From contig OZ024743.1 of assembly GCA_964016885.1 (NCBI GenBank), positions 259,904,001 to 259,968,000 on the forward strand: 64,000 nucleotides of DNA, written 5' to 3'. The notes beneath the pieces were generated by a model, which saw nothing but the letters and a program-made list of their open reading frames with translations, was not told where the DNA came from and ran no database searches. Below are positions 30,321-47,912 of the stretch, one piece after another (position 1 is the first letter of the stretch; each line of letters starts with the position of its first letter). Source of the stretch: Eledone cirrhosa (Eukaryota). Both the position numbers and the translations under genes were made by a program.

Positions 30321-30366
<46 letters not shown>

Positions 30367-30381
30367 GTGTGTGTGTATATA

Positions 30382-30412
<31 letters not shown>

Positions 30413-30777
30413 TAGAGAAGGTGATGAGAGACAAAAAGAATTTTGATGTAAGAAAATTTAGAAGAAAACGGGTTAGTTAGAATAAATTTCTTTTTATTCC
30501 ATGTTTTTCAATGTGTGTCTACTTACCTAACTATGTACAAAGATGCCAACTTGGTCCATACATATTACGTTTCATTAGCAGGTAGTTTTCCCTTTCATCA
30601 CATCCATTTTCACTGTCTACTGTCATCTTCCAGCTTCTAACTAGAGTTTCTCTAATCCTTTACACCTCATTTCGTTCACACTCTGTTTTTTTTTAAAGAA
30701 ATTCACATACACACACGCATACACTCCCACAAACACACACACGTATATGTATGCATATATACATACTAACATAATCT

Positions 30778-30813
<36 letters not shown>

Positions 30814-30814
30814 C

Positions 30815-31008
30815 AACAAGTATGACCCCGACAGCAGAGCTCAAGCCGTTTCGACGGCTATTTCTGGACTGAGTCCAGAAATAGCCGTCGAAATGGCTTG
30901 AGCTCTGCCGTCGGGGTCATACTTGTTCCTATTACCCACTCTACTACCCTAAGTATTGAGTACTTTGGTGCGTTATGGTCCATCCGGTTCCTTACCACAA
31001 TTCCTTCG

Positions 31009-31010
<2 letters not shown>
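30815..31010 (+). mobile_element. Fold-back mini-element in (TA)n
   Basis: Palindrome 30815-30927 centred on GGACTGAGTCC. The right arm extends through TTGAGTAC (30956). A related minus-strand copy lies at 40190-40306. Confidence 0.75.
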
Positions 31011-31063
<53 letters not shown>

Positions 31064-31168
31064 TGTATGTATGTGTATATGTATTATCTATATATATATA
31101 TATATATATATATATGTTTGTGTGTGTACGTGTGTGTTTGTGTGTGTGTGTGTGAGTATATATGTACG

Positions 31169-31199
<31 letters not shown>

Positions 31200-31499
31200 T
31201 ATGATACACCTATTTTCTTTTTCTTTCTCCTAACAATGTAATATACATACTGATCTATATTCTTCGATAGTTTTTCTCATCTACATTTAAGAAATCTCAA
31301 AAAACTTTCCTCCTTTTGTGTATTTTTTAAATAACAAGGTAAGAGCTTTGTATAAAAAGAAGTTAATCTCACAATCTGCTCACTTTTAACGATGTGAAAT
31401 AGAAAATATCGAAATTTATCTTGTCATGGAGATAATTTCCAACACATACATATCATTGTAGTATTAAAATGGATTAAACATCGCTGTATACACACACGC

Positions 31500-31639
<140 letters not shown>

Positions 31640-33005
31640 GCGCGCACACATATATATAAATTATATATATATTGAGTGAATGTGTGCGTGCGTCTACACA
31701 CTCAACCCACCCACCCCTATATATATACATACATGCACATATATGTAATGCATTGTATATTTAATATAAAGGGCTGTGTGCTCTTGCGCGGAGATGCTTA
31801 TAAAATAGGGTGAAGACTCTTAAAGACGAAAAAAGATGTTGCCATCGGAAACCGGGATAAGAACCGGCGTAATGTACCTCTGAGCCTGAGACAATTTTAA
31901 CTTTCAACTTTTAACTACCATATTATTACGTAGTATAGCCAAATGAAGAAGGTCTGGAATGTGTGATAATAAGAGTCAAGGAAAGGATACTACTTTGAAT
32001 AAATAAATTAGAATTTCTGACTGAATCTTCGTACTTTATGTCTATTAACAGATATGGAAAATAGTATTAACAATGGTACTAAACTGGTATTTAATATCAT
32101 AGTGTCAAAAGAGACTCATGACAACATGGTTTATGATTCCATCAGTTCGTTGCTTTAGATGAGTTTTTATCTTTCAAAGTAATCCTTGCAATTTTGTAGG
32201 AATCTTTCAGAAAGGAATTTCCAAAGCTTTGCAAAGAAATCTGTAAATGAAAGTGTCTCGTCCAGAGATAGAAATATGTGGTTCGTTGAAAGCCAAAAAA
32301 AAAAATTGATTCGATTGTACAGGGATTATCTTGGCCCTAAATTAAAATAAATACAATAAACTAAGGATTATTTTCAAATGTATTTTTTCTGTAGTTCGGT
32401 GTTTGCTTTGCTTAATTCTCAGCAACTATGGCGGGTGTCTTTCAATTAACAAAACAATTTTGTTCAGCCATTTCCTTGTCTATACGTAAGTATCCTACCT
32501 GACCTATATCTATATCATTTCGCACAACTCATACGATATTTTGGTGTTTTTTGTTGTTTTGTTTTTCGGATCGCCTTTCGACTTGAAGCCATACTAAATC
32601 TAAGTCAAGGGTTTTTCTCAAAACAATGTTTGTTGCTGTTTTTCGTAATTTTTTCTTTGCCGATATTGTTTTGTTTAAGTTGCTTTTAATCACTATTTTA
32701 TTAGTTAGTTAACCCACTTTTAAGAGATTGTGGTCATCGATTTGTTTCATTCGGAATCTTAAAGGTTAATGAAGCTAATATACAGATTAGATTCATGCAT
32801 GATAATGTTTGACGGCAAAAGCATTAGGAAATATTCCATACAGAGTTACTTCCGGGCAGGATGGATTCAGATTACACTTTCTATTATTAATATCATCACT
32901 GTTGTTGTTATTGCTTTTGTATTGATGGCGGTGGGGCACTTATCCTTTTGCTTTGTTTTGTTCGAAGCAACAGAAACAGTAGCATCAGCAACATCATCAT
33001 CCATC

Positions 33006-33040
<35 letters not shown>

Positions 33041-33300
33041 AAGAAGAAATTATTCTGCCTTAATGCAGATTCCTGATTAAACAGTGGAATTAGTGATGAA
33101 TAAACCAAAACCTTCTCTCGGATGCAAACTGACACTCCTGCTGTTTGGTGTGACTTTGATAAAGCCGGAGTTTGAGAGATACAGAGTTCGATTCACTTTA
33201 GAGGCTGCCTCAATGGGCCTATTTTAGCCGATTTTACCAATCCACTATGTTTACAGATATTTTCTGAGTTTGAAATTTTTATATTTTATAAATATATATA

Positions 33301-34080
33301 TACAGGCACCCAGATAAACGAACAGCCATGGAGGTGGCATGTCACCTTTGGTCCCTCAATGATGCCGGCTCGAACTTCACCATTAAATAAAAAATCCTGG
33401 AAAAATCAAGTCCTTGCCTCAACGGTAAAAAGACATGTAAATTGTGCAACAATGTACGATTGAACACCTTAAGACGAATACATAATGAGAAAACATGCCT
33501 AAATACGAGGGCCAACTTTTTCAATCGCTGCCCACATGTGCTCAAATATATTCTCCATAATTAGAAGAACGCTGGATAACAACTAGACAGGCACAAACCA
33601 CTACTCCGAGCTTATTACCACCCATCACAATAAATTTTCTCTTCTATATCTTTTTAATACACCAAGAAGCACAAAATAGAGAACCTTTCTAAGAAGCTTT
33701 AACCTCTATATCTATTTAGCACCAAAGAGGTTTTTTAGGTAAATACCTACCTATATCTTTCCAGCCTACATAATAGATTTCCCGACCTTACGTTCATTCT
33801 ATTTTGCACAAAACTAAATATGAGTTATCCCACTTTATCTAACGCACAACCGGTCCATCTATATTCCATCCTCTTCCATAAGAATTTCCTAAAAGAACTT
33901 TAATCCTCACATCTGAAACTAATATAGTGAAGTGATGAGCTGAGGTAATAATAACTTCCTCGGTGAAACGCGCCTATTCAACAGATGAAAATGTGAATTT
34001 AACCATATGTTGAATATTACAACTCGTCCCACGGTTTGAGTGCACTGATAATTTCGGATATATTTTGAACGAAATTCAAT
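33301..34080 (+). mobile_element. 3' remnant of a second Penelope-like family (GIY-YIG C-terminus + 3' UTR + hammerhead)
   Basis: 33301-33564 reads YRHPDKRTAMEVACHLWSLND...KIL...CKLC...CLNTR..FFNRCPH..YIL with a stop and a frameshift. Hammerhead-like motif at 33928-33980. Flanked by TA runs. Confidence 0.7.
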
Positions 34081-34097
34081 ACTATATATATATATAT

Positions 34098-34892
<795 letters not shown>

Positions 34893-35149
34893 AGGACTTC
34901 CTACCAGTAATAGGTTAATGGAGAAGGGAAAGATACAAAACGACTTTTTTTTTTAAATAAAAAGATTTAGAAAGATAAAACTGAATAGAAAAATGGAAAA
35001 GAAATAATGAAGGGAGGGAATAGAAAGAGGGGGAAGAGGAGATGAGAACAATGGAAAAAATAAGAAATTAGGAGGAGGAGGAGGAGAGAAAAAGAGAAAC
35101 AAATGGCGAAGAAAGTGAAAGAAAAATGATGGAGTGAGATGGGTTTATT

Positions 35150-35236
35150 ATGCTTCGTAAAAGAATGAAGAAAATGTGCTTCGTAAGCATGTCGGAACTG
35201 TTTAACACTCTCTTTGTTCTAACAATTTTCTCTCAG
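35150..35236 (+). CDS. Delta-like gene B, predicted exon 1 (signal peptide; start at 35150 or 35165)
   Basis: (MLRKR)MKKMCFVSMSELFNTLFVLTIFSQ followed by CAG|gtgagt donor, phase 0. In frame with exon 40875. In-frame TGA upstream at 35135. Confidence 0.75.
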
Positions 35237-35320
35237 GTGAGTGAGTCGTTTTATCATTACAATTCCTAATTACTGTCACAATTATTAAATTATTATCATT
35301 ATTATTGTTCTTTGAGTCTC

Positions 35321-35354
<34 letters not shown>

Positions 35355-35961
35355 GTTATTGTTGTTGTTGTTGTTGTTGTTGTCATTATTATTATTATTA
35401 TTTTGTTGTTTTTGTTGTTGATGCTGCTGCTGCTATTGTTGTTGTTTTCGTCGCGTGCTGTTACTGCATGACCGTGCAGTGCTGTTTTTTTGTGCTAATA
35501 TTTTGTTTTGGTGTTTTTGCATTCTTCGTAATATGTATGCTGTCTTCTAGTGCTAGTCTCTCTATATTGTATATATTTCTAAGTCCTGTGGTTTACTTTG
35601 CGGCAAATAAAAGAAATCTCCATAATTGTTATTATAATTGTCATTGTTGTTGTTATTGCTGTGTGTGTGTTTTAAAATACTTATATTGTTATCTTGTTAT
35701 CTCATAATTTCCCAAACATTTATGTCTATTCCATAACCTCATTATCCCCCCCCCCCCCACACACACACACACGTTATATATAACATTGTCCATCCTGCCC
35801 CGCATGTAGTGTAAGCACTATCTTTATAATGTTTATTATATTATTATCATATATCATTTTATTTTATTTATTTATATATGAAACCTCATTGTGCTTTATA
35901 AAAGAAGGATTATTTTTATTTTTAAAAACTATTATTGCTATCATTATTAATAGGGTGGTGA

Positions 35962-36408
35962 TGGCGGTGTATTGGCAATATCGGTAGAGAGTCGGACACC
36001 ATGCTTTGCAGCATAGAGTTACGGTCGTTTACGGTCTGAAGTCAAATCCCGCCGAGGTTAACTTTGCCTTTCATCCTTACTGAGTCGATAAAATAAAGTA
36101 CCAGTAACGTACTGGGGCCGATTTAATCGACTTACCCTCCCCCAAATTACTGGCCTTGTGCCTATACTAGAAACCATTATTAACAGGATGGTGGGTTGGC
36201 AGAATCGGTAAGCATCGGCCACCATGCCTTGAACATTTAGTTATAATTCTTTACGTTCTGAGTTCAAATTCTGCCGAGGGTAGCTTTGCCTTTCATCTTT
36301 ACGAGGTCGATAAATTAAAGTACCAGTCACGCACTGGGGTCGATTTAATCGACCCCCTCCCCCCATCAAATTCTTGGCCTTGTATCTAAATAAGAAACGA
36401 TTATTATT
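35962..36408 (+). mobile_element. Two tandem SINE family A copies
   Basis: Two complete units. Confidence 0.85.
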
Positions 36409-36982
36409 AGCATTATCATTGTTGTTGTAGATTATATTACTATCATTGTTTCCGCTTCGATTGTATTCTATATTAATGAACGATTTTTACTTATTCATGC
36501 GATCATAATATCGATTATTTTTCTTGCTTGATCGAAACTCTATTTCCCCTTTTTCCCTCCACGCTCTCTTCCTCTTTCGTTAACATTACTTTAAATTTTG
36601 CTACAAATCATTTTCGATTGCATTCAAAGACATTTCATTTGTGTGTGTGTATATCTGTGAGTGCGTAGTTTATGCGAGTGTGTGTGAATGTGTATGTAAA
36701 TATAAATATATGTGTGTGTGTGTGGAAAAATTTTCTTTTTGACATGTGTTATGAAAAACATGACTATGCTCAAATGTTAATTGTCTATTAGTTTTATTTC
36801 TATTTTCTTGAGTCCCCTGCAGTTCGTTTGGAACAATGGAAAGACAAAGTCCCAAATCATACATACATACATATATACATATATACATATATAATATATA
36901 TATACATCAGAGGCAACAATGTTTTTCATATGCATATATATACAGAGTGAGAGGGGAAGAGATAAAGATAGAGAGAGCGATG

Positions 36983-37068
<86 letters not shown>

Positions 37069-37465
37069 AATTTGCATGTACAAATATGCCTATTATTTAA
37101 AAACGATGAAAATGATTTTCCGTGTAATAGTTATTTTCGAAATATGATTGCAGGAAAATAGATTTTCGTCTCCAACGAATAGACTTGAGAAGAAAAGATC
37201 TTTAGTTTCGTGAAAGTCAAAATATGCGTAATTCCCATGTGTTTTTAATTTCTATACATATTTTTCTTTAATATTGTTCAAACTGTTTACAATGACGTCC
37301 TAGGATTGAAAAGAAGCAGTGAGAAATAACAATTAATTTGGAAACTTACTTGAAAAATTATTTAATATATAGAGTTATTTCTGTACGTGTGCTTGTGAGA
37401 CTGCATATATATAGTAATAATAATAAATTTGAAGACTAAAATCCAAAGAGGGCTCGATAAGGGTG

Positions 37466-37565
37466 AAAGCAGCGATTCTTTGCTTAAACTTTGATCTGTT
37501 ATTTTAATATATATATATATATATATATTAAAATAACAGATCAAAGTTTAAGCAAAGAATCGCTG

Positions 37566-37569
<4 letters not shown>
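37466..37569. repeat. Perfect inverted repeat around a (TA)n core
   Basis: AAAGCAGCGATTCTTTGCTTAAACTTTGATCTGTTATTTTAA-(TA)n-reverse complement. Confidence 0.95.
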
Positions 37570-37621
<52 letters not shown>

Positions 37622-37833
37622 AGGGAGTATAACTTGGAGTTACTGTAGGTTCACCCGAGTGAGCACTCGATGTTTAGGTTCACTTGTGGCGAGCCGTGGA
37701 TTATAGAGTAGGGCTAGATCGATACAGATCGAACCTTGGGCTGATCAGGGGCGAAACGCGCGTCACCAACCAATAAGCGTAATGAAGGAGTAACCAATCG
37801 TCCTTGTTTTATTTTACTATATATATATAATAA

Positions 37834-38050
37834 TGATAATTGTTTCTACTTCAGGCACAAGGCCAGAAATTTGAAGGGGAAGGGAAAGTCGATTAAATCG
37901 ACCCCAGTTCATTACTGGCGCTTTATTTTATCGGCCTAGTAAGGATGAAAGGCAAAGTTAACCTCGGCGGGATTTAAACTAAGACCTTAAAGGGCTGTAA
38001 CTCTATGCTGCAAAGCATGACGTCTGTCCTTCTCCGATACTGCCAATCAA
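37834..38050 (-). mobile_element. SINE family A copy
   Basis: Full-length reverse-strand match. Confidence 0.85.
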
Positions 38051-38387
38051 ATAATAATATTTAAGTAAAGTTTGTGTTAGGTAATCACCGACACTATTGT
38101 ATGCAGGATATAGCACTCTACAATGTACACAATTGGGCTGTTTACTACGGGGTATAATTATAATCATGAATTACTCTTCATTTATCCATACTCACTGTTA
38201 TGTAGATTTCGGTAATAATCGTTTTGCAACAGTTGTGACCTCATCCGACAGCATGAAGTTGAACAGAAAAAAACAGAAAAATATGAAGAAGAAATACAAA
38301 TTACTCCTCTTATTCCGATTCATTGATATGCTCCGGGCTGGTATTTCGTGTTGCTTTCTTAAAGCACTATTGACACACACACATACA

Positions 38388-38477
<90 letters not shown>

Positions 38478-38532
38478 ATTATGTACATACACACATACAC
38501 ACACACAGATATATATATAAATATATATATAT

Positions 38533-38830
38533 ATTGCAAGTGACAGGAAATTGATGCCTCCTCATTTTATGGAAGGAGGTCTTAAAATCAACACAGCAGA
38601 GTATCCCAAAAGAAGTTTGTTGCCTTGGATTAGGGTGCATTATGATGTAAGTCGAGTCATGTGTGTACAGGACTCCGCACCCGCCCATTCTTCGAAAAGA
38701 GTGCAATAATTTTTGTAGAATGAATTGTCCATGTTTGTCCCTAAATATTCTCGTCCTCTAGCTCGTCAGATTTGAATCTGCGTGATTATTGGCTATGGGG
38801 CACAGTTGAAACAATATCCAACGCAACCTT
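38533..38830 (+). pseudogene. maT (DD37D) Tc1/mariner transposase remnant
   Basis: MPPHFMEGGLKINTAEY...LPWI...QDSAPAHSSKRVQ...SSDLNLRDYWLWG, with about 37 residues between the last two Asp. Contains stops and frameshifts. Confidence 0.75.
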
Positions 38831-39076
38831 TGTCAATTGGTGTGATTTTCACTGAAGGCTTCGATCAAGCAAGAATAATTAAGTCATTCGCCTCATTTTG
38901 TAAATGGTTTGAACTGGTAAAGAAAGCAAATGGAGGTTCACATTGAACTAAAATAAGTGCTAAAGATTCCACAATATATTGGCATAAACATAAAATATGC
39001 AGTGTTTGATTTATCCGAATCATACCAATTAGAATAAAGATATTTAAATAATCTCAATTTACCTGTTACACACACA

Positions 39077-39163
<87 letters not shown>

Positions 39164-39166
<3 letters not shown>

Positions 39167-40150
39167 TTCTTTATTTGCCACAGGGGCGCACAAAAATGGG
39201 ACATTACAAGACGTGACGGCGGGGGTTTTACATAAAAATCATATAACTTTAATATTAATAAATAACAATAAACTATATATAATAAAATAACAATTGAAAT
39301 CCCCAATGGGGAGGACGTTACTGCAGGGTTGTTTTACACCCCGTGGATAGAACAATCCTCAACACCAGGAACACGTTTTGTCGGTGTTCCCATCTTCCTT
39401 CTGTTTATCTTACTCAACCCATAGGTTTATATACAGAGAAGGCCCATTCACTCGGGCCATTTTCCCCACATTCAACCCACCTTTCAGCGAATTTACTGGG
39501 GTGTAGCACCTCTCTCTCCACTCTCACCTTCCTTCTGAAGTGGTACTTAAAGAAGGGGATGAGTTGTTGTCCGGAGAGAAAGGTGTTTGCTCTCAGTCCT
39601 TTTAACCTCGTCCACCATATTACCTCTTTCGCCATAGCCACCAGACAGAGGCAAACCGCCTCTCCTTCATTCTTAAATGAAGGCGGCGGGGTGATCCTCA
39701 CGATGGACTCGGCTGACAACTGGATGCGTCCCACACGTGACAGTAGCTGTTCGACATAATTCCATAGGTCGGTCACCCCTGGGCACTGAACAATTGCGTG
39801 CAGAACGGTTCCGATGTCATGCTCGCATCATGGACAGGTCCTTTTACCAGGATGTCTTCCAGGGAGTCCGTGCCTGTAGATTTTGTCTCGAACTGGTAGA
39901 GCTCCCCTCGGTAGCACTGCCAGGCCAAAGACATATGGAAATTATCCATAGGCCCTGGACGGAAAGTCCTCCCGAACAGACTGGTTAGTTGCTCCTCCTC
40001 GATGCCTAGAGTTTCCCTGAGAACGTCATCGCAATTATCCTCCACTAATCCCCTATAGAATGTCGAAGTGGAGTCTCCGCTGATTGCCGTTTCCGCTAGG
40101 TAGGAGGTTGTGAGCGCCTGAAGTCACTTGAGGTGCCAGGCGCCTCTCGA
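39164..40150 (-). mobile_element. 5'-truncated Tx1/L1-clade LINE (copy 1)
   Basis: ORF2 C-terminus MDNF..SLAWQCYRG...AMAKEVIWWTRLKG matches the copies at 49353 and 55381. Flanked by (GA)n and (GATA)n. Confidence 0.9.
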
Positions 40151-40152
40151 GT

Positions 40153-40184
<32 letters not shown>

Positions 40185-40372
40185 TATTAGAATGGAAGCG
40201 GTAAAAACCAATTAGAGCATTACTCACCAGAGTACTCTATACTTGGAGTAGTAGAGTGGGTAATATGAAAATTTCGGGAACCCGACGGCTGAGCTTCTGC
40301 TGTTTCAACATTGAAACGCAAAACTAATATACTTCTTCATAGGACTGTGTCGATTGCTTTGTTATTTCTACT

Positions 40373-40418
<46 letters not shown>

Positions 40419-40452
40419 CATACATACATACATACATACATACATACATACA

Positions 40453-40488
<36 letters not shown>

Positions 40489-40874
40489 TATATACTGAGT
40501 AAAATGACAGGTTGTCGGACTGGAGAAATTCCTTCAAAGATGTGATGAACCACCAAGCTTAAGTATATATATATATATATGCAACCAGAAATAACAAAGC
40601 AATCGAGACTGTCCCATGAAGAAATATATTAGTTTTACGCTTGATATAGTAGAAAAAGTATCGTAACGTTAGTCCTTTATCGGAAAATAGAATGAAAAAT
40701 GAAAGAGGAAATAGAAGTTAGAGGAAAGTGAGCAGTGGCAGAAACGAAAACAATTTTCTTTGAGAAAAAAACAGGTCTATTCAGGTCGCCATCTCTTATA
40801 TATATGTGGGTGGAGGGGGTGTGTGTGTACGTTAGATTGTGTTTTTAATATGTATACTTCCTTTCGTTTTTCAG

Positions 40875-41041
40875 CTACCTAACTGGAGCAATTCTTTTGG
40901 GACTTTAGAAGTGAAGCTCATTAATTTCAGTAATCCTGGCGGAACCCTCATGGCTCACACTTGTTGTGATCCTAGCTGGTTTGGGTTGTTTTGCAATGAA
41001 TGTGACCATACATTCAATATTTGCCTGGATGACAATGCAGC
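40875..41041 (+). CDS. Delta-like gene B, exon 2 (MNNL/C2 domain)
   Basis: ctttcgtttttcag acceptor, GC|gtaagt donor (phase 2). Encodes LPNWSNSFGTLEVKLINFSNPGGTLMAHTCCDPSWFGLFCNECDHTFNICLDDNA, clearly paralogous to exon 2684-2862. Confidence 0.87.
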
Positions 41042-41206
41042 GTAAGTTATCTACGTTTCCTTTCTAGTCCAACAAGATAAAGAGAAAAAGATTATTTATG
41101 ATGTAATGTGTTAAGAACACAATATACGAAACTAGTAAAAAGATTAGACAATAACGAAAAGAACAAACAAAAGAAAAGGGCATTTTAGACTAGATGCAGA
41201 GAACAG

Positions 41207-43685
<2,479 letters not shown>

Positions 43686-43686
43686 G

Positions 43687-43718
<32 letters not shown>

Positions 43719-43753
43719 GTATGTATGTTTATATATATATATAAACATACATA

Positions 43754-43864
<111 letters not shown>

Positions 43865-44334
43865 CGTAAAATAAGAAAATTATGAAATTAACTTACTTAA
43901 TAAATTTCACTCCAACTAATTAGTTTCTGAAAGGGAATAAACATACTTTCCGAAGAAACGTACGGAGAAGCCTTTCGTCATCAGGGAAGTCTATTCTCAG
44001 CTAAGTTTCCAGGCAATACGTGGACACAGGGAACTTATCAAAAATAATTCAGTGGATGGAAAAAAGCAAAGCGTGGACTAAATTCCAAGCCATTGACAAA
44101 ATCACTGCCTACTGCGTCGGTGGCAAATTCAAAAGAATCAATCACGTGACATCGAGGTCAATCAGTGGAGAGTGGTTTGTTAAGAAGACAGCAGCCGGAC
44201 TGTTACTAAAGTAGCAGTTTTGGCCAATTTTTACTCGACAAATAATTTGGAGATAATTATAAAGAATTAGTATATCTAGTAACATATATATACACAGATG
44301 CATAAGTATGCATATGTTACTAGATATACTAATT

Positions 44335-44424
<90 letters not shown>

Positions 44425-44470
44425 ATTACAATAACTACTGACGAGGTGTAAAATTTTCATTAATCTTATT

Positions 44471-44563
44471 CAGATATGACACGTGTTTCGTGATTGATCA
44501 GCTCAAGGTTCGATTTCTATCGATCGGGCGCGGCTCTGGAATCAAAAGCTCATCAGACTTCTG
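44471..44563 (-). ncRNA. Hammerhead motif with extended domain II
   Basis: Minus strand reads CAGAAGT-CTGATGAGC-(~57 nt)-GAAA-CACGTG-TC-ATATCTG. Related to 37690-37770. Confidence 0.6.
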
Positions 44564-44677
44564 TTTTCTTAATGACTTGCGTACGGCTTTAAAAAAAGAT
44601 ATATGTTCTCATTTATTTGGAGTGGTCATATACGTGCAAATTTACAGTACACAACTAAAAGATATTAGTTCATACAA

Positions 44678-44771
<94 letters not shown>

Positions 44772-44874
44772 TTATATACATGTGTATCTAAAAGGTAAAC
44801 AAATATAACAATACAATCGGTACAGTATATGGAAGGAATATATTATGTTAACGCTTGAAATAGCAGGAAGAGGG

Positions 44875-44910
44875 TCTTAACGTTTCGGACGCTAGTCCTT
44901 CATCAGAAGA
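44875..44910 (-). ncRNA. Minimal type I hammerhead ribozyme motif, intact
   Basis: Minus strand reads TCTT-CTGATGA-A-GGAC/TAGC/GTCC-GAAACGTT-AAGA. Degenerate copies of the same short element at 40660-40790 (-) and 62770-62960 (+). Confidence 0.85.
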
Positions 44911-44989
44911 AAGAATGAGAAATAAGATAGATTGAAGGGACGGGTGGGGTGGAATTGGAAAAAAAAATGACTATAGAGAAAAATAACAG

Positions 44990-45029
<40 letters not shown>

Positions 45030-45566
45030 TAATATATTTATAGAATATATCATGTAAATACAGTTTAAGGAGATTTAGATTGAGAAGAATGGAATGTAAA
45101 TAGGAAAATATCAAGAAAAAAGAGAAAAAGAAAACGGGAATGGGGGGGGGCAAGGACTCTAGTGTCACAGAAGAATGTGAAGGGTGATTGGACTCTGGGC
45201 CTAGGTGAGTTTGCAGAAATAATTATGGTTATCTAATTTGTTTTTTATACTGACTGGTTACAACTGTGGGTAGCTTTTCAAAGTGTTATTTTCAAAGTTA
45301 AATTAGGCGCCACATACATTTGTGCTTGTGTTGAGTACTTTTTTTTAACACGTGTCGTTATGTGTAGCTTACATATACAGTTTGGGTCTCTCAATTGTAC
45401 CCACACTAAGCCATTTATCTACTAATTAACGTATAGATAGTGTCCACTTTCGTTTACAAATGCGTATTTACAACATGCGATTTTTGTAAATTTATTAGAT
45501 GGATTGTAAACATATAGCTTTGTTAAACTTAATTTATATATGAGATATGCATATGTGTGTATGTGT

Positions 45567-45649
<83 letters not shown>

Positions 45650-46455
45650 GAAGGAGCAAGAAAGGGAAAAAGGGAGAAACATTGATATATGCGAAATTGC
45701 GTGTTGAGACTTGAAAAGTTCTATCGTGCGATGCTAAAGATAAGCTTGAAAGATATATATATATATATATATATATATTGTCTGGCCTCTATAACGTATG
45801 TTCATTGCTTTGGTCTTCTTTTAGTCCATTGAGCGCTTGCCGCATATCTCGAAATTTGCGTTCCGCTTTGTTTTTGGCCACCGCCGTAATACGATCTCGC
45901 TGAAATTATATTTATATATATGTATATATATATATATATAGTGTGTGTTTTATTTTACTTTTGCCTGTATTAGTACCGGCTGGACGTCATTAATCCGGTA
46001 AACTTGGCACCAGAGGTATGCCACAGTAGCTTGTTTTCCGAACGAGTGAAGCGTGGGTAAAATATGGCAAATAATGCATATAGTGTGCTGTATTATTGAT
46101 GTCCATAAAAGTTACATAAGCATAATCCTAGTACAGGTTTACTTGACTTATTTATAATAAATCCGTTGACACGTGTTTGCAGTGGTGTGACAAAATAGTA
46201 AGCAGACATGTAGAAAAAGGAAAGAAGTATATGCTTCTGATAATTGTAAAACATTATGTAATAATTGTTTCTACTTTTGGCACAAGGCCAGCAAATACCC
46301 AGTGGATTACTGGTACTTTATTTTACCGACCCCGTAAGGATGAAAGGCAACGTTTCGATTTGTAATTTAAATTAAAGATTAATGTTTTTTTTAACGTTTT
46401 TTTGTTTACGAAAACCTTCATGCTTTTGGTGTTGCTCTCGTCATCGTCGTCGTCG

Positions 46456-46985
46456 TCTTCTTCTTCTTCTTCTTCTTCTTCTTCTTCTTCTTCTTCTTCT
46501 TCTTCTTCTTCTTCTTCTTCTTCTTCTTCACCCACTTATTCTAGTTATTCTAGGGAGGGTCGTAAGGCACAGAGCTCTCAAGCGGACCTTTAAGCAGGTC
46601 ATATCAGAAGCAACCTTCTCCAATACATCCGGTTGGATCCCCAAGCGAGACCAGCCGAGCTTATTGATGTTATCCAACCATTGTGCTCGGGGTCTATTCC
46701 TGGGTCTCCTGCCGGCTGGTTTTTGATATCTCAATTCGGAAAAGTAACGGTGACACGAATACCGAATTGAAGATAGCGAGTTTGGCTTTTACACCTACTT
46801 CCGTTCTTCTGATTACTGAATATTGAAGCTGGAGTGTTACTGCACCAGCTTACGCAATTCTTGGACTTAATTCAGCCTCTTGCTTTTCATCACTCGTGAA
46901 CACGGCTCCGAGATACTTGAATATGTCTAGCTGCTTCAGTGGAACTCCATTCACATGTAGATTGCACTGCGCAGGCATCGGTGTC
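46456..46985 (-). mobile_element. RTE-clade LINE 3' fragment with (GAA)n tail
   Basis: VNGVPLKQLDIFKYLGAVFTSD...RIA and GRRPRNRPRAQWLDNI motifs; ends in (GAA)n. Confidence 0.8.
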
Positions 46986-47602
46986 AGAAAAATAATTTCT
47001 GGTGTTCCCTTGTTTGTTTGTTTTTTAACATCTTTCACTGTTGATGAACCTACAGAATATTCTACACAGACGGCTTTCACCGATGTACTACTCTTTAGAT
47101 TTTTCTTTCAGTATTGCTACGTTATGTAACAGAGTTAATGTTATACGTATGTTTAGGTTTTTCTGCATTAGCACCACTCGCACTACTTGCAGGTCACTTA
47201 GAAGAAATATTTCAGGGTAAAATACCAGTACGAAAGATAACATTGATAACAACATCCACAACCGTAAATAAGCTGTGGTAGGCATAAACTTACAGGCCAC
47301 AGCTAACCAAGCGGTGGTCATGCAAAATAATGATGCGAGTGTCAAATCACCGTCCCGAACCATCGAAGCTGCCAGAGAACTAAATGCTGAATTAGTGAGT
47401 TCCATCATGTATTATATATTAAGTGTCAAGACATTTCCTTGCACATTTATGTCCCGGGTACAAAGTCTATCCCTCTACCTTCATATGCAGGTATCCATTA
47501 TAACCACAGCCAGTCAGGATTAGTTTCCAATCAACAAGAGTTAGTGAAAATTAATTTTCTAAAAAGTCAAAACTTTAGACTTTTTAGAAAAGTAATTTAG
47601 AC

Positions 47603-47881
47603 TCTAAAGTCTGTCTTAAGCCAGAAGGCTCATTTGGCCGCTGCTTATTCCGGTTTCATGGCGTGAAGTGACTGAGCGTACAAGACTCCCCTCTGGACAG
47701 GATACCAGTCCATCGCAGAGCTAAACCCCCAACTATTGCTGGTACACATTTTCAGCTGAGTATACTGGAGCAACGTGAAATGAAATGTTTTGCTCAAGAA
47801 CACAACACATAACCCAGAAATAGAACCTACAACGTTATGATCGTAAATCCAACACCCTTACCACTAGGCCACGTGCCTCCA
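47603..47881 (-). mobile_element. tRNA-derived SINE family B
   Basis: Colinear with 1976-2260. Its 5' end lies ~30 bp upstream of the gene B exon 3 acceptor. Confidence 0.8.
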
Positions 47882-47912
47882 CTAATTAATTTTCTATATT
47901 ATCTAATTTCAG

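Noticed and set aside
32100-32720. Possible old mariner remnant on the minus strand (QG/DYFE-like end near 32175)
   Set aside because: Too degraded to establish termini or catalytic motifs by eye.
38252-38340. Signal-peptide-like MKKKYKLLLLFRF ORF in gene B intron 1
   Set aside because: Weak donor in phase 1, incompatible with exon 2.
43930-43990. Minus-strand CTGATGA...GAAA motif
   Set aside because: No pairing for stem I or stem III; not counted as a hammerhead.
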